Shown: piece by piece, positions 49,141-61,929 of the stretch
Position numbering within the stretch: position 1 is the stretch's first letter
Layout: every line of letters starts with the position of its first letter
Translations under genes and position numbers: made by a program
From: Cirrosporium novae-zelandiae
Taxonomy: Eukaryota
Length of the DNA: 64,000 bases
NCBI GenBank assembly: GCA_026023565.1
Contig: JAPETS010000029.1
Location: 248,001 to 312,000, forward strand
Direction of reading: 5' to 3'
Notes under the pieces: generated by a model
Seen by the model: the letters and a program-made list of their open reading frames with translations, nothing else
What the model was told of the DNA's origin: nothing
Database searches by the model: none

Positions 49141-51248
49141 GTCTGTACGAGAGGTCGGCTGCAGCAGATACACCGCAATTATGCATCCATCCTTCGTTTT
49201 ATTGTCTCCTTACAATCAGCTACTTGAGCAAGTGGGATGTTGAAAGTCACTATCACTGTGGCTCAAAGGCGCTTACGCTATGTTTGAAGTTTAAAGTGCT
49301 TTTCTACTTCAGGAAACGAATCTTGGATCAGTGCGATAAAAAAAGACATTGCTCAAGGACCCAATTTCAATTTATATAAAAGTCCGTTCCCTGACTGAGG
49401 AACACGGGATTTTTTTTACAAGGATCAAATTAATATCCATTCAATATCAAGGGTCATCTCTGGGCATTGACGATCCCCCGCAGTCATGTATTACAGATCC
49501 TGTTGCTAAATGATTAATCCTTAACTACTGATCACTATTTTTTTTATGTCTACGCCACAAAGTATGCTACAGCGCTTCTGGAGCTCTTGAATGCTACAGT
49601 ACTTCTAGCTTACTGTGTCGTGGCTTGTATACTGAAATATGACTAAAATAGGTAATTAACAGAAATAATTGAGACGGCAAAGCCTTAATTTATAAAGACA
49701 CCATTGTACATGTACCATCCAAGCACGCATGGTTAGATGAAAAAAATCACTTTTAACCGAGTCAATTCTTTGTGAGATTTGACATCTCTCATTTTTTTTC
49801 TTGAATGCTCTACCCATGTTAAAATAATAACTGGATGAATTTGCTCAGTTTATTTTCTCCCGGCCGATTTCGGATGATCAAACACTTGAATTCAGAGGAA
49901 TGAGAGGATGGATATGGTTAACGGTGATGGCCACATGAATAGGGTCCAATGGCACTAGGATATCAGGTGTACCAAGGTACTTAAAGTAGTACTGCATCTC
50001 GTCAAAACTCTCCACCCTACTTTATATGAATGGAGTAATTCTTGCGCAAGAAATTTTAAGCGTCAATGTCAAGTGGACGAGGAAACACAACAATTGGTCG
50101 AGTGGGTCATAACACTAATGTAGGCAATCCTTAGAATGCTTGACAAAGCTTGAACTGCAAGGTCAGCTTGACGGATATCGGATCACATAATTGCCTCACC
50201 CTTTACTTGTATGTATGTACCTGATGAAATAATTGGAATCCATTCTATGTATACTTGGATAGGTGAGAAAGCTAAATCTATCCTTGTTGTTTCTGGACGT
50301 CCTGTTTGAGATAATCTCCATTATTTTGATCCTGATGCTGTGTGGCCAATTATATATATATGAAGTCAATAGGATCCTAAACAAGAGTGACGTCATGATA
50401 GAACGGAGGAATATCGACTTGACTGTGCTGTGGACTTCGTAGAAAGCAATGTAATTCAAAGAGTCAAGGTGCACAAGGTGGTACGTGGATCACATGGATC
50501 ACATGGATTTAACCGACACATGGTTCTATCGCCTCTATCAATCAGTCAGTCATTAAATTGCAAATTTCACGTCCTTTGTAATTCAATATTAGAACCATGT
50601 TCCCAGAGACAATGATTCCATTATCAATCATAGGATTCACGACAGCAAACCTACCGACTGCAAACCCACTAAGAGGAACCTGAAATTGACACCAGCGCTG
50701 AAATCCGACCTCCTTCTCCCTCATCCTTATCAATCCAATCCAGATAGATACAGATCTCTGTTTATTTCCCCCATCTTGAGGTATTATTCTTATGAAACCG
50801 TGAAAAGAAAGCAAATTGTTCCATTGTACATGTACCACTTACAATATACCCGCTCTTTATATACCTCTATCTACATATCGTCTATTTTGTGCTGTTATAA
50901 ATTCCATGTCTTCGTGTTTTCGGACAGAAGGAATCCTCCGAACAAAACCCTTGAATGATAGGAAAACATCGTCTTCCTATCTCTAGTTATACACATTACC
51001 TCTATAGCCTATTCCCGTTGAATTTTGACCCTTATCTGTAATAAACGTCTAATCAAGCCTCAATCAACTGCTACTCTATCTTAAAGATAATGGTACGGAT
51101 AGTATATCTGAATTGGACAAAATGCCATTCTTGAAAGTCTCTTGCTTTTCACAAGGGCTAGCTATACATTCTCCCCTTACCACGGGTTTACGAGTCATTT
51201 AGAACTATCAGCTAGGCTTTCACGCTTTGCACTCTTCTTTTGTCCATC

Positions 51249-52944
51249 ATGTCTGGGACCGATATCAAAAGCGGCGGCGATATGCCTCATGAATCCAATT
51301 CAATCGAAGCCAAAGATGTAGCAATTGGTGATGTCGCATCTATCGACGAAAAATCCGACCTTGACTGGATGGATCCAAAGGAACAGAAACTACGGCGGGA
51401 TCTTGGGGCTAGACAAATCTTCATGATCAGCCTTGGTACTGCTATAGGCACGGGACTTTGGATTGGAAGTGGATCTGCCCTTGCTAAAGGTGGTCCTGCT
51501 GGATTATGGCTTGGCTTTACTATTGTTGGGTTCATGGTACTCGTTTTCGTCCAAAGTCTTGGAGAGATGGCCACCTTGTTTCCAGTTCCGGAATCCTTTA
51601 CTTTGTTTGCGACTCGGTTTGTTGACCCCTCGGTTGGGGTTGGACTTGGATGGTTATATTGGGTGGATCGAACGCTAACCATTCCCACTGAATTTGTTGC
51701 GGCAAATATTGTTATTCAATACTGGACAGAACAGGTGCCAGTAGCAGCATGGCTCGCTATTTTCATGGTTCTTACATTTTCTATCAACTATATGGGAGTG
51801 AGGGCCTACGGCGAAAGTGAATTTATTTTTACTTCAATCAAAGTTACTGCCATCATCGTGTTCATTATCATCGGTATTGTCATTGCAGCTGGAGGTGCCC
51901 CCGATCATGAATATCTTGGATTTCACTATTGGTATGATCCAGGGTCATTTGCACACGGCTTCAAGGGATTTCTGTCTGTTCTTATCACTGCTACTTTCTC
52001 ATATGGAGGTATTGAGTTAACAGGTATTTTTTTACCACTACTACTTGCAAATTGAAGTCTAACTTGAATTTATAGCCATTGTTGCTGGGGAGACATCCAA
52101 CCCTACCAGGAACGTTCCAAAAGCCATCCGAAGCGTCTTCATACGATTGTGTATGTTTTACATGGTTGGGACTTTGATTGTTAGTATTATTGTCCCATAT
52201 ACCAATAAGCAGCTTCTAGGAGGCAGCGAGACAAATGCTTCGCCTTTCGTGATCGCTTTCAAGGACCATGGCCTGGCTGGATTATCTCACCTAATGAATG
52301 CGATCATCCTCATCTCCGCACTATCTTGCGGTTCCTCGGCGGTCTATGCCTCTTCTCGAGTCCTGGCAGGTCTCGGCCGCCTTGGAATTGCTCCTCGGTT
52401 TGTTGCCAAGACAGACAAATACGGCAGGCCATACTGGGGTATTATCATTGCTACCGTTCTGGGTGGAGGACTATCTTTCCTGAATATTAGCGACACTGGC
52501 GCTGAAGTATTTTCCTGGTTCTCGTCCTTGGTTGGACTTGGCCACACACTTGAATGGATAACTATCCTGATCACATCCCTGCGTTTCCGCGCTGGTTGGA
52601 AGGCTTCTGGTTACTCTCCCAAAGACTTGCCGTATTGCGGCCCAATTCTCTTTCCTTGGTCCGTCTATTTCGCAATATTGATAGGTATTCTTATTGTCAT
52701 CTCTAAGTTCTACCTATCAATCTGGCCTCTTGGGGACGAACAAAGTGCTGCCACGTTCTTCTCGAACTTCATATCAGTTCCTTTGTATTTGATACTAATC
52801 TTAGGATATAAGCTCATCGTGCGTCCTAAGTTTGTGCGAGCGAGCGAGATGGATGTTGTTAGTGGTCAGAGGGTGGTTCGGGACGGGAAGCCGGAAGAGC
52901 GAGCGTGGTGGCAGACAATCTTTGCATATTTTATTTGGGCATGA
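51249..52944 (+). CDS. YAT-family amino acid permease, 2 exons
   Basis: LRRDLGARQIFMISLGTAIGTGLWIGSG, SLGEMATLFP, YGESEF, FSYGGIELT-AIVAGETSNP across intron 52024-52075, SPFVIA. Confidence 0.93.
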
Positions 52945-53350
52945 AAATAGGGCCGCTGATCTGCCTATGCAAATGTCAGGAAGGCTCCTCGACATCCCAT
53001 TGGCTAATATTTATTAATAAACCTCGAAGGAATAGTAGTATATAGAGAATTATCAAATGTTTCGACAACTTATGATAAGCAGGAGGCCTACAGATGATGA
53101 TATAGAGGTCTGTCACACTGTATAGTGACGCCCTAGGATATTAGAAAGAGTCCAATATTGAAGTATTGGGAGTGCATTTATAATATATGTAGGTAGCTCG
53201 ATCTGGATTATCAATGCCTAATGCCTCAGGCAACAAAGTAAGATGAGCTCATCTCCACTCTTGTTCGGGGCCGGACTTTAATTAAACCCCGTGCCGACTG
53301 GGTAATGTCTTTGTGACGAATGGTCACATTGCTGGACTATGCAAATGACT

Positions 53351-53380
53351 GAAGAAATCTAGAAGAAATCTAGAAGAAAT
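53351..53380. repeat. 11-bp tandem repeat (AGAAGAAATCT), about 2.7 copies
   Basis: gaagaaatct agaagaaatct agaagaaat seen directly. Confidence 0.8.
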
Positions 53381-53796
53381 TCAAACATAATTATCATAAA
53401 AGGTACTATATAGTAGTATAAGCGTTTGCAAGGAAGTCAGTCAGTCAAGTCAAGCAGAGAGAGTCCAGACAGCCACTACTCACCCTCTCCAATGACATAG
53501 ACTCCGAGGCCGTCTTCGCAAACTCCGGGTTTTGAACGACTAACGTCACTCGATCTGGACCGATGTAAAACCCCCCAACACTCTCTTTCTCCACGACAGT
53601 CGTTATTACTTACCATTCGCCAAACCCCTGTGCCTTAAACATATCTAAGACCTTGACTACCTACCTTACTGTTCGCAGAAAATCTGCCCCTTCGGTATAC
53701 TTTGTGTAGCCGCCGTTATCAAAGTCTTTGCTCTGGGTCTCAAATTGCACATTTTCTTCGGTCTCCAGGCTCATGCCTGCCTGATCCTCAACAAAC

Positions 53797-55821
53797 ATGA
53801 ACGCAATGAACGCAGTTAAATTGCCTTTGGGACACCATGGCCGTAGACGGTCATCTCTCACTAGTATAAATCTCCTTCGTTCGATCAAACTTTTCATGCG
53901 CTGACTGTCATGCTCACTAGGCAGCCGATCCTCTATTGATGACAAGGAGTCAACAGGAGACGACGAAACTATCGTCGAACCAGATCAGGGCAATGGTCAG
54001 TAGCTACGCTTCTTCAGCCAGGTTATGGGAATCTGGTTGTTGCTGATGCTAAAGCTTGTACTGACGCCCTGTTTGCCCTGGACAGTTCTGTCACATATTA
54101 TTTCCCAGTTGCGACCTGGAGCAGATCTGAGTAGGGTGACGCTACCCACCTTTATATTGGAACCAAGGTCCATGCTAGAGAGGATTACAAAGTACGTTAT
54201 TTTGGAGAGAAAAAATCATACAGGAATTCCTGCTGATTTGATATAAAGTTTTATGGCTCACCCAGAAACTCTACTTCCAATGCCAAAGATCGATGACCCT
54301 GTCGAGAGATTTGTGTCTGTGGTCAAGTTTTATCTAAGTGGCTGGCATATTAAACCTCCGTAAGCATTGTCATTAAATTCTTAACCTATATCAGTGGTAC
54401 GGTTGGATATTGACTAGTCTTAGCGGTGTAAAGAAGCCCTTGAATCCTATCTTAGGCGAGACATTCGGTTGCTATTGGGAATACCCTGATCATACCCGAG
54501 GATACTATATTTCCGAACAAACATCGCATCACCCTCCCAAGTCGAGCTATTTCTTCATGGCCCCTGAACATTATATCCGAATAGATGGTACCTTGAAGCC
54601 GAGAAGTAGGTTCCTTGGAAACTCTGCAGCTAGTTTGATGGAAGGAATTGCAATTCTCAGGTTAACAAATAGAGGCACGTCGCGAGGTGGGGAGAGATAG
54701 TATGTGGTCCATTTGCTCCCCTACTAGTGGGCAGTGATTTGACTAATGACTTGCCGTTTTCGCATAGTATTTTGACACAGCCGAATATGTACGCCCGCGG
54801 TATACTTTTTGGAAAAATGAAATATGAGCTTGGGGATCATAGTTTTGTGAGGTGCCCAGAACACAACCTTGTTGCCGATCTCGAATTCAAAACAAAAGGC
54901 TATTTTGGGGGGACTTATAATGCCATCGGAGGTATCATAAAAAATGAAAAGACGGGAGAAGCTCTCTACGAGCTTTCCGGACTTTGGACCGAGCAGATGT
55001 ACATTAAAAACCTTCGGGTATGTATCACCGTTTCAAGCAACAAGAAATTAAGACTAAGGATGGTTATAGGACGGACATAAGGAACTTCTTTTTGATGCCA
55101 CTCATGCTAAGCACAGTCCACCGCTTACCCGACCAATAGAGCAGCAAGACGAGCGAGAATCACAAAGATTATGGATGAGCACTTGTCAAGCCATTAAGAA
55201 ACGAGATCACGATGCTGCAACAGAAGAAAAAACCAAAATAGAAGATAGGCAAAGAGAGGAAGCAGCTAAAAGAGCAGACGAGGGGCTAGACTGGAATCCA
55301 AGGCTGTTCCGAAGGGTCCGAGGTGGTCCTAGTGGTTCCGAGGAAGGTGACGAGGATTTGGACTGGATCATCAATGCCAAAGTGTTCGTGTGCCTTAATG
55401 GCTCTATTTATTTCTTAAGATGCTAACATATGGAATTAGAGATGGCCCCACCCCTGAAGCACAGGCTCAACAAATACTTTCCATAACTCCAATCCTCCCA
55501 AATCAAATTCAGAAACGTCTTGAAATTCCACCCCGCCGCTCAAGCCAGATATCTCCAGAACCTTCACCGGTAACCAACAAACCCGCACAGGCGACGAACG
55601 ACGTAGGTGGCGATCTCATTGATTTTGGATTTTCAGAACCTGCTTCGACTCCAGCTCCGGGTCCTACTAAATCCCATGAAACGACGCAGAAACAATCTAC
55701 GAATCATGATCTACCACCAGGACTACAGGCACCACTGATACCAACGGTAGCCCAACCGATTAAGCGACAGGACACGGAGAGCAGCGACATAGACGTATTT
55801 GTGGATGCAGCGGAAGGCTAG
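53797..55821 (+). CDS. Oxysterol-binding protein (Osh6/Osh7-like), multi-exon
   Basis: QLRPGADLSRVTLPTFILEPRSMLERIT, KKPLNPILGETF, OSBP signature EQTSHHPP, EKTKIEDRQR. Start codon inferred from splice signals. Confidence 0.92.
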
Positions 55822-56357
55822 GATGGGTCAGTGGGTTTCACGTGAAACCGATTGGATTGATATAGCGGCGTCTTTGCAAGATGCCGACGACGAAAGAAAC
55901 GATTATCAGGAATATTTTTGTCGTTTTGGTTGACTCGCGTTCTATAGCTCAGGGTGGCGGGGGAAAGGGTCTAGTTAGATGGGAACTTGATTAGAAAGAG
56001 GATCTTCCGACCGGGTCTGGTCTATCTATGTCAGTAATGGCTATATAGGGTGGTGGCCTTGATACAGGTAGCAAATACGATGGCATGCAATTGAGGATAG
56101 CGGATAGCATGTACTGAGAACTAAACATAGTAGATTTAGGGTTTAGGGTATGGGCGGAGGGATGAGGGGCCGAGGTGGAGTCTGCCAAGCGGGAATATCC
56201 TTGGCGGGCGTCACAGGTGAGAAGCATTCAGGTTGTTGGCAGGAACGATTGGAAAGGCCCTTGTCTCATCCCACTTCCAATTCACTTCTGACCACTCCTG
56301 GTATTTGCTTCTTCTGCCCCTCCCTCGCCCTACGAAAAACCAATCCTCTTCTCTTTC

Positions 56358-56395
56358 ACCACACTTCCTTCTTCTACCACACTTCCTTCTTCTAC
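56358..56395. repeat. 18-bp tandem duplication in the pyrimidine-rich 5' region of the Het-C gene
   Basis: accacacttccttcttct occurs twice in tandem. Confidence 0.75.
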
Positions 56396-56476
56396 TCTTC
56401 CTATTCCTCAAACAAACTCATCCTATTTATGAATCTTCCTACTTTTTCTAAAGCTTAGAACATCAACAGCAAAACC

Positions 56477-59470
56477 ATGGCGCTGAATAGCTCCCTCTTG
56501 TTGCTATCCAGTCTTGTCCTGGTCCTCCTCCTCGTTCATCCTGCTCATGCCTTTGGAGCTGGCAACATTGCATCTATTGCTCGTGTTGAAGGAGTGAATT
56601 GGCGTCATGGCGATATTGAAGATACTCTCTTGAACATTATTATGGCTCGTGCTGCTGGCGGCAAGAAATTCTCCAAACTAGATGTCAAACGTGTTTACTT
56701 CGGAAATTGGTTACGTGATTACAGTCAAGCTGTTGACGTTGGTACTGTCAAATATGTTTCTGCAGAAGCCATTCGTATTATGCTCTGGGTTCTTGGTTTC
56801 ATGAGCTTTGGTTATGGTACCAAAGAATTCGAGGTTACGTCGGCACGTCTCGGCGTATACAGACCCGAAGAACATATTGATAACCCAAAGGACTATGCTG
56901 ACAACCTGGATGCAAGACAATATGACGAAAGACTGAGAGGCCCCGTTGATGAAGAGCGCGAGTTGGCCATCGATGAGCGAACTGGTCTTAAGAATTACAT
57001 TGCCAATGAGGATGTGGGAATCACGACCTCTGCTGGTCTGGTGAGGAAATTGTTTCGCAAATGCATTGAGCTTGGCAGGCGTTACTCTCGTAACAATAAC
57101 AAGGATGATCTTTATGAGGCCCTTCGGCTTCTGGGAACCGGGTGTCACTGTCTCGAAGACTATGCTGCGCACTCTAATTATACTGAATTGGCTTTGATTG
57201 AACTTGGCGAAAGAGATATATTTCCTCATGTTGGGAGAGATACCAAAGTTAATCTTCAAGGTGCTCGTCGTTCTGTCTATCCGCTTGTCACTGGTACCTT
57301 TGGTGGTGTTGATTTCTTGCACTCGGTTATGGGTGAACTGTCCGACAAGGTCACGCAATCCGAGATTCAAGAGTTGGAAGGTTCTCTCCAGCAATCTCAG
57401 AACAACAAACAAGATATCAGCCTTCTTCAGAACCTTTTGAATCAGGTCCCAGAGGGTATCTTCGGTGGCAAGGATGAAGCCGGCAAAGCGGACGAGCTCC
57501 AGCAAAATGCTCATTCAGCTCAAGTCCAGAGCATGCATATCACCCCCAAAGAACCTGAAGAATTTACACAACAAATTGAAGATATCCAGAAACAAATTTA
57601 TCCAATCCTCCAATGGCACGACGAGGTTATGCAATCCATCAATGAGATGATTGAGAAAATCCCTATCCTTCCAGACTTGCTTGAGCAACTGCAGGAACAG
57701 ATCAACGTATTCGTATTCTCTCTTTTGGCTCCATTCGTCATTCCAATCGTCAATCAAGTTAAGAATGAGCTTCGCACCGGCTCTTCTGAAGTTATCCAGT
57801 CCAGTCTTGCTCAGCAGATGATTGTTTTCAATGACGACTCTTCTAGCAACCCAACCCACTCAATGTTGTCCAAAGATCATTTCTCTAATGTCCTTAATGA
57901 GCCCGCTGGAAAGATTGCTTCCGCTACCATCAGTTGGGTCGTTCCTCAGATCATGGCTGCTTGGGATGATGAGAGTGTTGATATTAGGCGTACTAATGAC
58001 CGCATCATTCATGCAGTCTTTCATCACCCCGCTCTTCACGGCCAAGGTCAAGATGGCGCTGCTGAGGGCCGTAAGAAAATGTTCCAAGTTGTTGAAGAGT
58101 GGTGGTCCAACAAATCCGACCGTGAAAAGAACGGACTCCGGAACCAGTTGAGTCGGGATGGTGTTGAACAAGGTCGCAATCATAAGGAAGGAGTCTCAGA
58201 TTCCGGTCATGGTTGTGGAAAACCTCTTGGGATGCCAACTACCAGCACGGCTTCTAGCTCGGGTGCTGCTGGTGGTGTTAATGTTTTAGGATCACTTCTC
58301 GGAGGTGGGTCGGGATCACGTCCTTCGAGTTCCTCAAACCAGTTCGGAAAGATGGCTGGGGAGGCTGTTGGCGGTGGCGCCTTGGGTACCGTTGTCGGTG
58401 GCCTCGTTGGAGGTGTTGGTGCAGACCTCCTAGCAGATTCATTTGGCGGAAAAAGTGACAAGAAAAAAAAATCTAAGCGTGATAGCTATGGTGAAGATGG
58501 AAGTCATACTCAAAAATACTCTGAAACAGGCTATTCTGAGGATTCTCGCACTGACTATCCCAGTGGTGGACATAAGAAAGAGCATAAAAAGCATGAACAG
58601 CGTGAGGAAAGTGGCTATAGTGGAACCTATTCCAGTGAACAAACGACAACATATAGTGAATATGAAAGTCGCACTCAAGAAACAAGCTACGGAGAATCTG
58701 CAGGGTATTATGGTAGTGGGCAGGAAAAGGAAAAAGAAAAGAAGAGAGAAAAGGAAAGGAAGGAAAGGGAGAAAAAAGAAAAAAAAGAGAAAAAGGACAA
58801 ACATCGCTATAGCACTGGCAGTAGGGGCTCTGGGGGCTCAGGTGATGAGTACCCGAGATCCCATAAGCATGGCGAGAAGCACAAGAAGCACGGAGACCGT
58901 GGCAACTTGGATGAGAATTCGAGCGGGGAAGATAAACCGCCTCGTCAGGCCTATGGGGAATCGTATGGAGGCCGCCCTGAGCGTGATGAGTATGGAAATC
59001 GTCAAGAACCAAGCTATAGCGGAAGCAGGTTTGGTGGTAATCCGGAACCGAGCTACGGAAGCCGTCAGGAACCGAGTTATGGAGAAAGCAGGTTTGAAGG
59101 TCGTCAAGAGTATGGCGGTGGTGAAGGCTTCGGTGGTCGTCATGGAAATGGAGGTCATGGAGAGTTTGGAAGGGAAGCAGAACCTCGCCTCGATGAAGGT
59201 GGATACGGTGGTGGGTTTGGTGGACGCCGGGAAGACGAATTTGGTGGACGTCAGGAAGGCGGATATGGTGGTCCTCCTCGTGAAGAATTTGGTGGCGGAT
59301 ATGGTGGTGGCTTCGGCCGTGGGGAACAAACTGGATATGGTGAACCTCCTCGTGAGGAATTTGGTGGTCGTGGAGGTGGAGGAGGTGGCTATGGGGATGA
59401 GGAGTTTGGTGGGGGACGTGATAGGGGATATGGGGGGGAGGGTGAAGGGTATAGTGAAAGGCGGTATTAG
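56477..59470 (+). CDS. Het-C domain protein (heterokaryon-incompatibility Het-C/TinC family), 997 aa, intronless
   Basis: Signal-peptide-like N-terminus, then FGAGNIAS...WRHGDIED, RVYFGNWLRDYSQAVD, YRPEEHIDNPKDYADN, HCLEDYAAHSNY, PTHSMLSKDHF. Gly/Tyr/Glu/Arg-rich repetitive tail. Confidence 0.93.
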   Translation: MALNSSLLLLSSLVLVLLLVHPAHAFGAGNIASIARVEGVNWRHGDIEDTLLNIIMARAAGGKKFSKLDVKRVYFGNWLRDYSQAVDVGTVKYVSAEAIRIMLWVLGFMSFGYGTKEFEVTSARLGVYRPEEHIDNPKDYADNLDARQYDERLRGPVDEERELAIDERTGLKNYIANEDVGITTSAGLVRKLFRKCIELGRRYSRNNNKDDLYEALRLLGTGCHCLEDYAAHSNYTELALIELGERDIFPHVGRDTKVNLQGARRSVYPLVTGTFGGVDFLHSVMGELSDKVTQSEIQELEGSLQQSQNNKQDISLLQNLLNQVPEGIFGGKDEAGKADELQQNAHSAQVQSMHITPKEPEEFTQQIEDIQKQIYPILQWHDEVMQSINEMIEKIPILPDLLEQLQEQINVFVFSLLAPFVIPIVNQVKNELRTGSSEVIQSSLAQQMIVFNDDSSSNPTHSMLSKDHFSNVLNEPAGKIASATISWVVPQIMAAWDDESVDIRRTNDRIIHAVFHHPALHGQGQDGAAEGRKKMFQVVEEWWSNKSDREKNGLRNQLSRDGVEQGRNHKEGVSDSGHGCGKPLGMPTTSTASSSGAAGGVNVLGSLLGGGSGSRPSSSSNQFGKMAGEAVGGGALGTVVGGLVGGVGADLLADSFGGKSDKKKKSKRDSYGEDGSHTQKYSETGYSEDSRTDYPSGGHKKEHKKHEQREESGYSGTYSSEQTTTYSEYESRTQETSYGESAGYYGSGQEKEKEKKREKERKEREKKEKKEKKDKHRYSTGSRGSGGSGDEYPRSHKHGEKHKKHGDRGNLDENSSGEDKPPRQAYGESYGGRPERDEYGNRQEPSYSGSRFGGNPEPSYGSRQEPSYGESRFEGRQEYGGGEGFGGRHGNGGHGEFGREAEPRLDEGGYGGGFGGRREDEFGGRQEGGYGGPPREEFGGGYGGGFGRGEQTGYGEPPREEFGGRGGGGGGYGDEEFGGGRDRGYGGEGEGYSERRY

Positions 59471-60006
59471 ATGGATATGATGATAAGCCAGCCATGAGCT
59501 GATGAAATGACGGGACAATGGATTGATGAGATGAGATGAGGGATGGGAGACGGTTTCTAGAATGCAACTACTCACGAATTCCCATATCACGGTTTGATGT
59601 CTACAGCTAGTCTGGTACTAGAAAGGAAAGTCATAACTGAAGACATTTTGTTGTAAAAATTTAAGATGCATGATTGGATTATATGACGGTCGGCCTGTCC
59701 ATAACACTTGACAAACCACAAAGTCTATTTACTTGTAAAAAGTAAACAGCTCTTAGACCGGTCTTTCGTTTCAGCTAAGCCAGTATTGTATGTAGGGTTT
59801 CAAACGCCCGTTATCCTTCATATCATTTGAAAAAATACTGCCAACTGCTAGCTAGCTAGGAAACACTCGCAGATATGTATCCGCTCTTCTTTTTTTTGTA
59901 TCCATGCACGTCTTTAGTTTAGAGTAAGAAAATCCATCGCCTGCGTAATTTCCGAAGCGTCCCACGTATCCATAGCAAGAATGTCGATGTTCGATGCTGA
60001 AGGAAT

Positions 60007-60966
60007 TTACATCACCACGCCCGAGTTACTTGCGATACGCTGTATATATCATCAGTAACATGTTCTTTCTACACCCACCAAAAACATAAAAAAACAAACT
60101 CACCGGCCACAACTCCGCCGCCTCCTTCCCCACAGGTCCCGTAATCGCACTCCCCTTCATCTCCCCCTTCGGATTGACAATAACCCCAGCATTATCCTCG
60201 AAATACAAAAATACACCATCTGGCCGCTTCCAGGGTTTGCTCTGGCGCACCACTACGGCGGGCATGACCTTCTTTCGGAGTTCGGGCTTTCCTTTCTTCA
60301 CGGTCGCCATGACCATATCGCCGACGCCGGCGGCGGGAAGGCGGTTCAGGCGCGCACCGATGCCTTTGACGCTTATTATGTAGAGGTTTCGGGCGCCGGA
60401 GTTGTCAGCGCAGTTCATGACGGCCCCGCTGTGTGGAGGAGGTGGGGTTAGTTTTTCAAGGTTTTTTTGGAACTTTTTTTGGTTGGGGGGTGGAGGGTTT
60501 GAGGTTTAGGAGATGAAGGATATAAGATGAACGTACACTGGAAGACCAAGGGTCATCTTGAGCTTGTTGCCGGAGGCACCACCGCGTCTAGAGAAAATAT
60601 AGATGTTAGCTTTTTCTGGACCTGAATAGAGATATAGGAGGTGACTTTTGATGGTGGTGGCGATGGAGGGAGGGAACTCAAGCTCAAGATCCCCAAATGG
60701 AAATAATCGTCGTAGAAAACATTCAAGAAACTGAGCTCAGGTGATGCATCATAGACATGGGACACCACCTTGAGCTAGGCTCTCATTATTTCTCTGATCC
60801 AAGATTATCCCAATTCTTTCTTCTTGAGGATTCATCGAGGGATCTTGAGCGAGCTTTGTCCCAGTTCATTCGTTCACCGACCCATCTATCCATCATTCCC
60901 ATCATTCCCATTCCCATCACTATCATCAAGATGGGATAGCGGTTCAACATACCCTCTCTTAGACAT
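60007..60966 (-). CDS. RPL23: 60S ribosomal protein L23 (uL14), 4 exons
   Basis: MSKRG (60966-60953), 365-nt intron, [17 protein letters not shown], then [16 protein letters not shown]...[25 protein letters not shown]...WP, then [14 protein letters not shown]. Confidence 0.96.
60647..60930 (-). other. Nested inverted repeats (predicted long hairpin) inside RPL23 intron 1
   Basis: Perfect 12-bp pair 60682-60693/60839-60850; 7-bp pair 60723-60729/60821-60827; 10-bp pair with one bulge 60734-60743/60766-60776; imperfect outer pair about 60647-60666/60914-60930. Confidence 0.7.
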
Positions 60967-61929
60967 CTTGAATTATGTGTGGTGTGAGAAATTTCCTTCC
61001 TGGACGAAAATATGTCGATGGGGTTGTAAAAAGCAGCGGATTTAACAGCTGCCTTAGAAAGGGGATTTTTTTTTTCGTTGTGGGTTGGTGCGAAGATGTG
61101 GTGGTGGTGAGGGAGGGTGGGAGTTGACGTCGCCGGAGCTGGGTTGGCTGAATTTTGGGTGCTTTTCTTCCCTTTTCGGTGGTTTGTGGGTTTGCAAGTC
61201 TTGGCGTGTGAGGGTTTTGCCGAGGAGGGTGGCACGTACTTAAATTACCACTTCGATACTTGACATTCTTACACTGTACCTACCAGGTATTTAAAATACT
61301 TTTTTCCTTATTTGTGACCCGATCTTTGCTTTAAAGGTGTCTAACTTTCTTTCCCTAGCTGATAGTCTACTTATATTGTCTGGTTATTATTCCTTGGATA
61401 TTTATCTCAAGTATTATTTCCTTAGATAGGGGTTAGTGGAATTCGTCTTCCCAAGCCAACACCAACCAATATTCTTAAATGCCAAAATCTACCATTCTTG
61501 CTTTCCTACAGGAGGCTTGTATTTGTACTTACTCCTGCCATGAATAGCTAGGTAAGGTCCAAGAGTCTTTATTTGTTTGTATGCGTGGATGAGCCATTCA
61601 TGTTATCTTCAACTACAAATACGAAGAGCAATAGGCGATTTTAAATTCATAACTATTTGTTTCATAAATAGTAACTATAGTAAATATGGTATATACGTTC
61701 AAGGTGCAAGCGTACATGGTTGACAGGAATTGGATGGCTAGACTCCTTTCCTTGGAATCAATTGAAACTAGGAATTCCCACCAACCAGCGGAATCATCAC
61801 CAATGCCACCATCATCACAACCATTTCACACATAAAACGCCGCATTCCTATTTGCCATTCCAAAACCCGAACTCATTCAAGCCTCCCGTCCGGCGCCTCC
61901 CTCGCTAGTTAGTGAACACATGGTAGCCC

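Noticed and set aside
58439..59590. Long alternative-frame and antisense ORFs (345, 364 and 250 aa) over the Het-C tail
   Set aside because: They are shadows of a repetitive, stop-poor Gly-rich coding region with no independent motifs.
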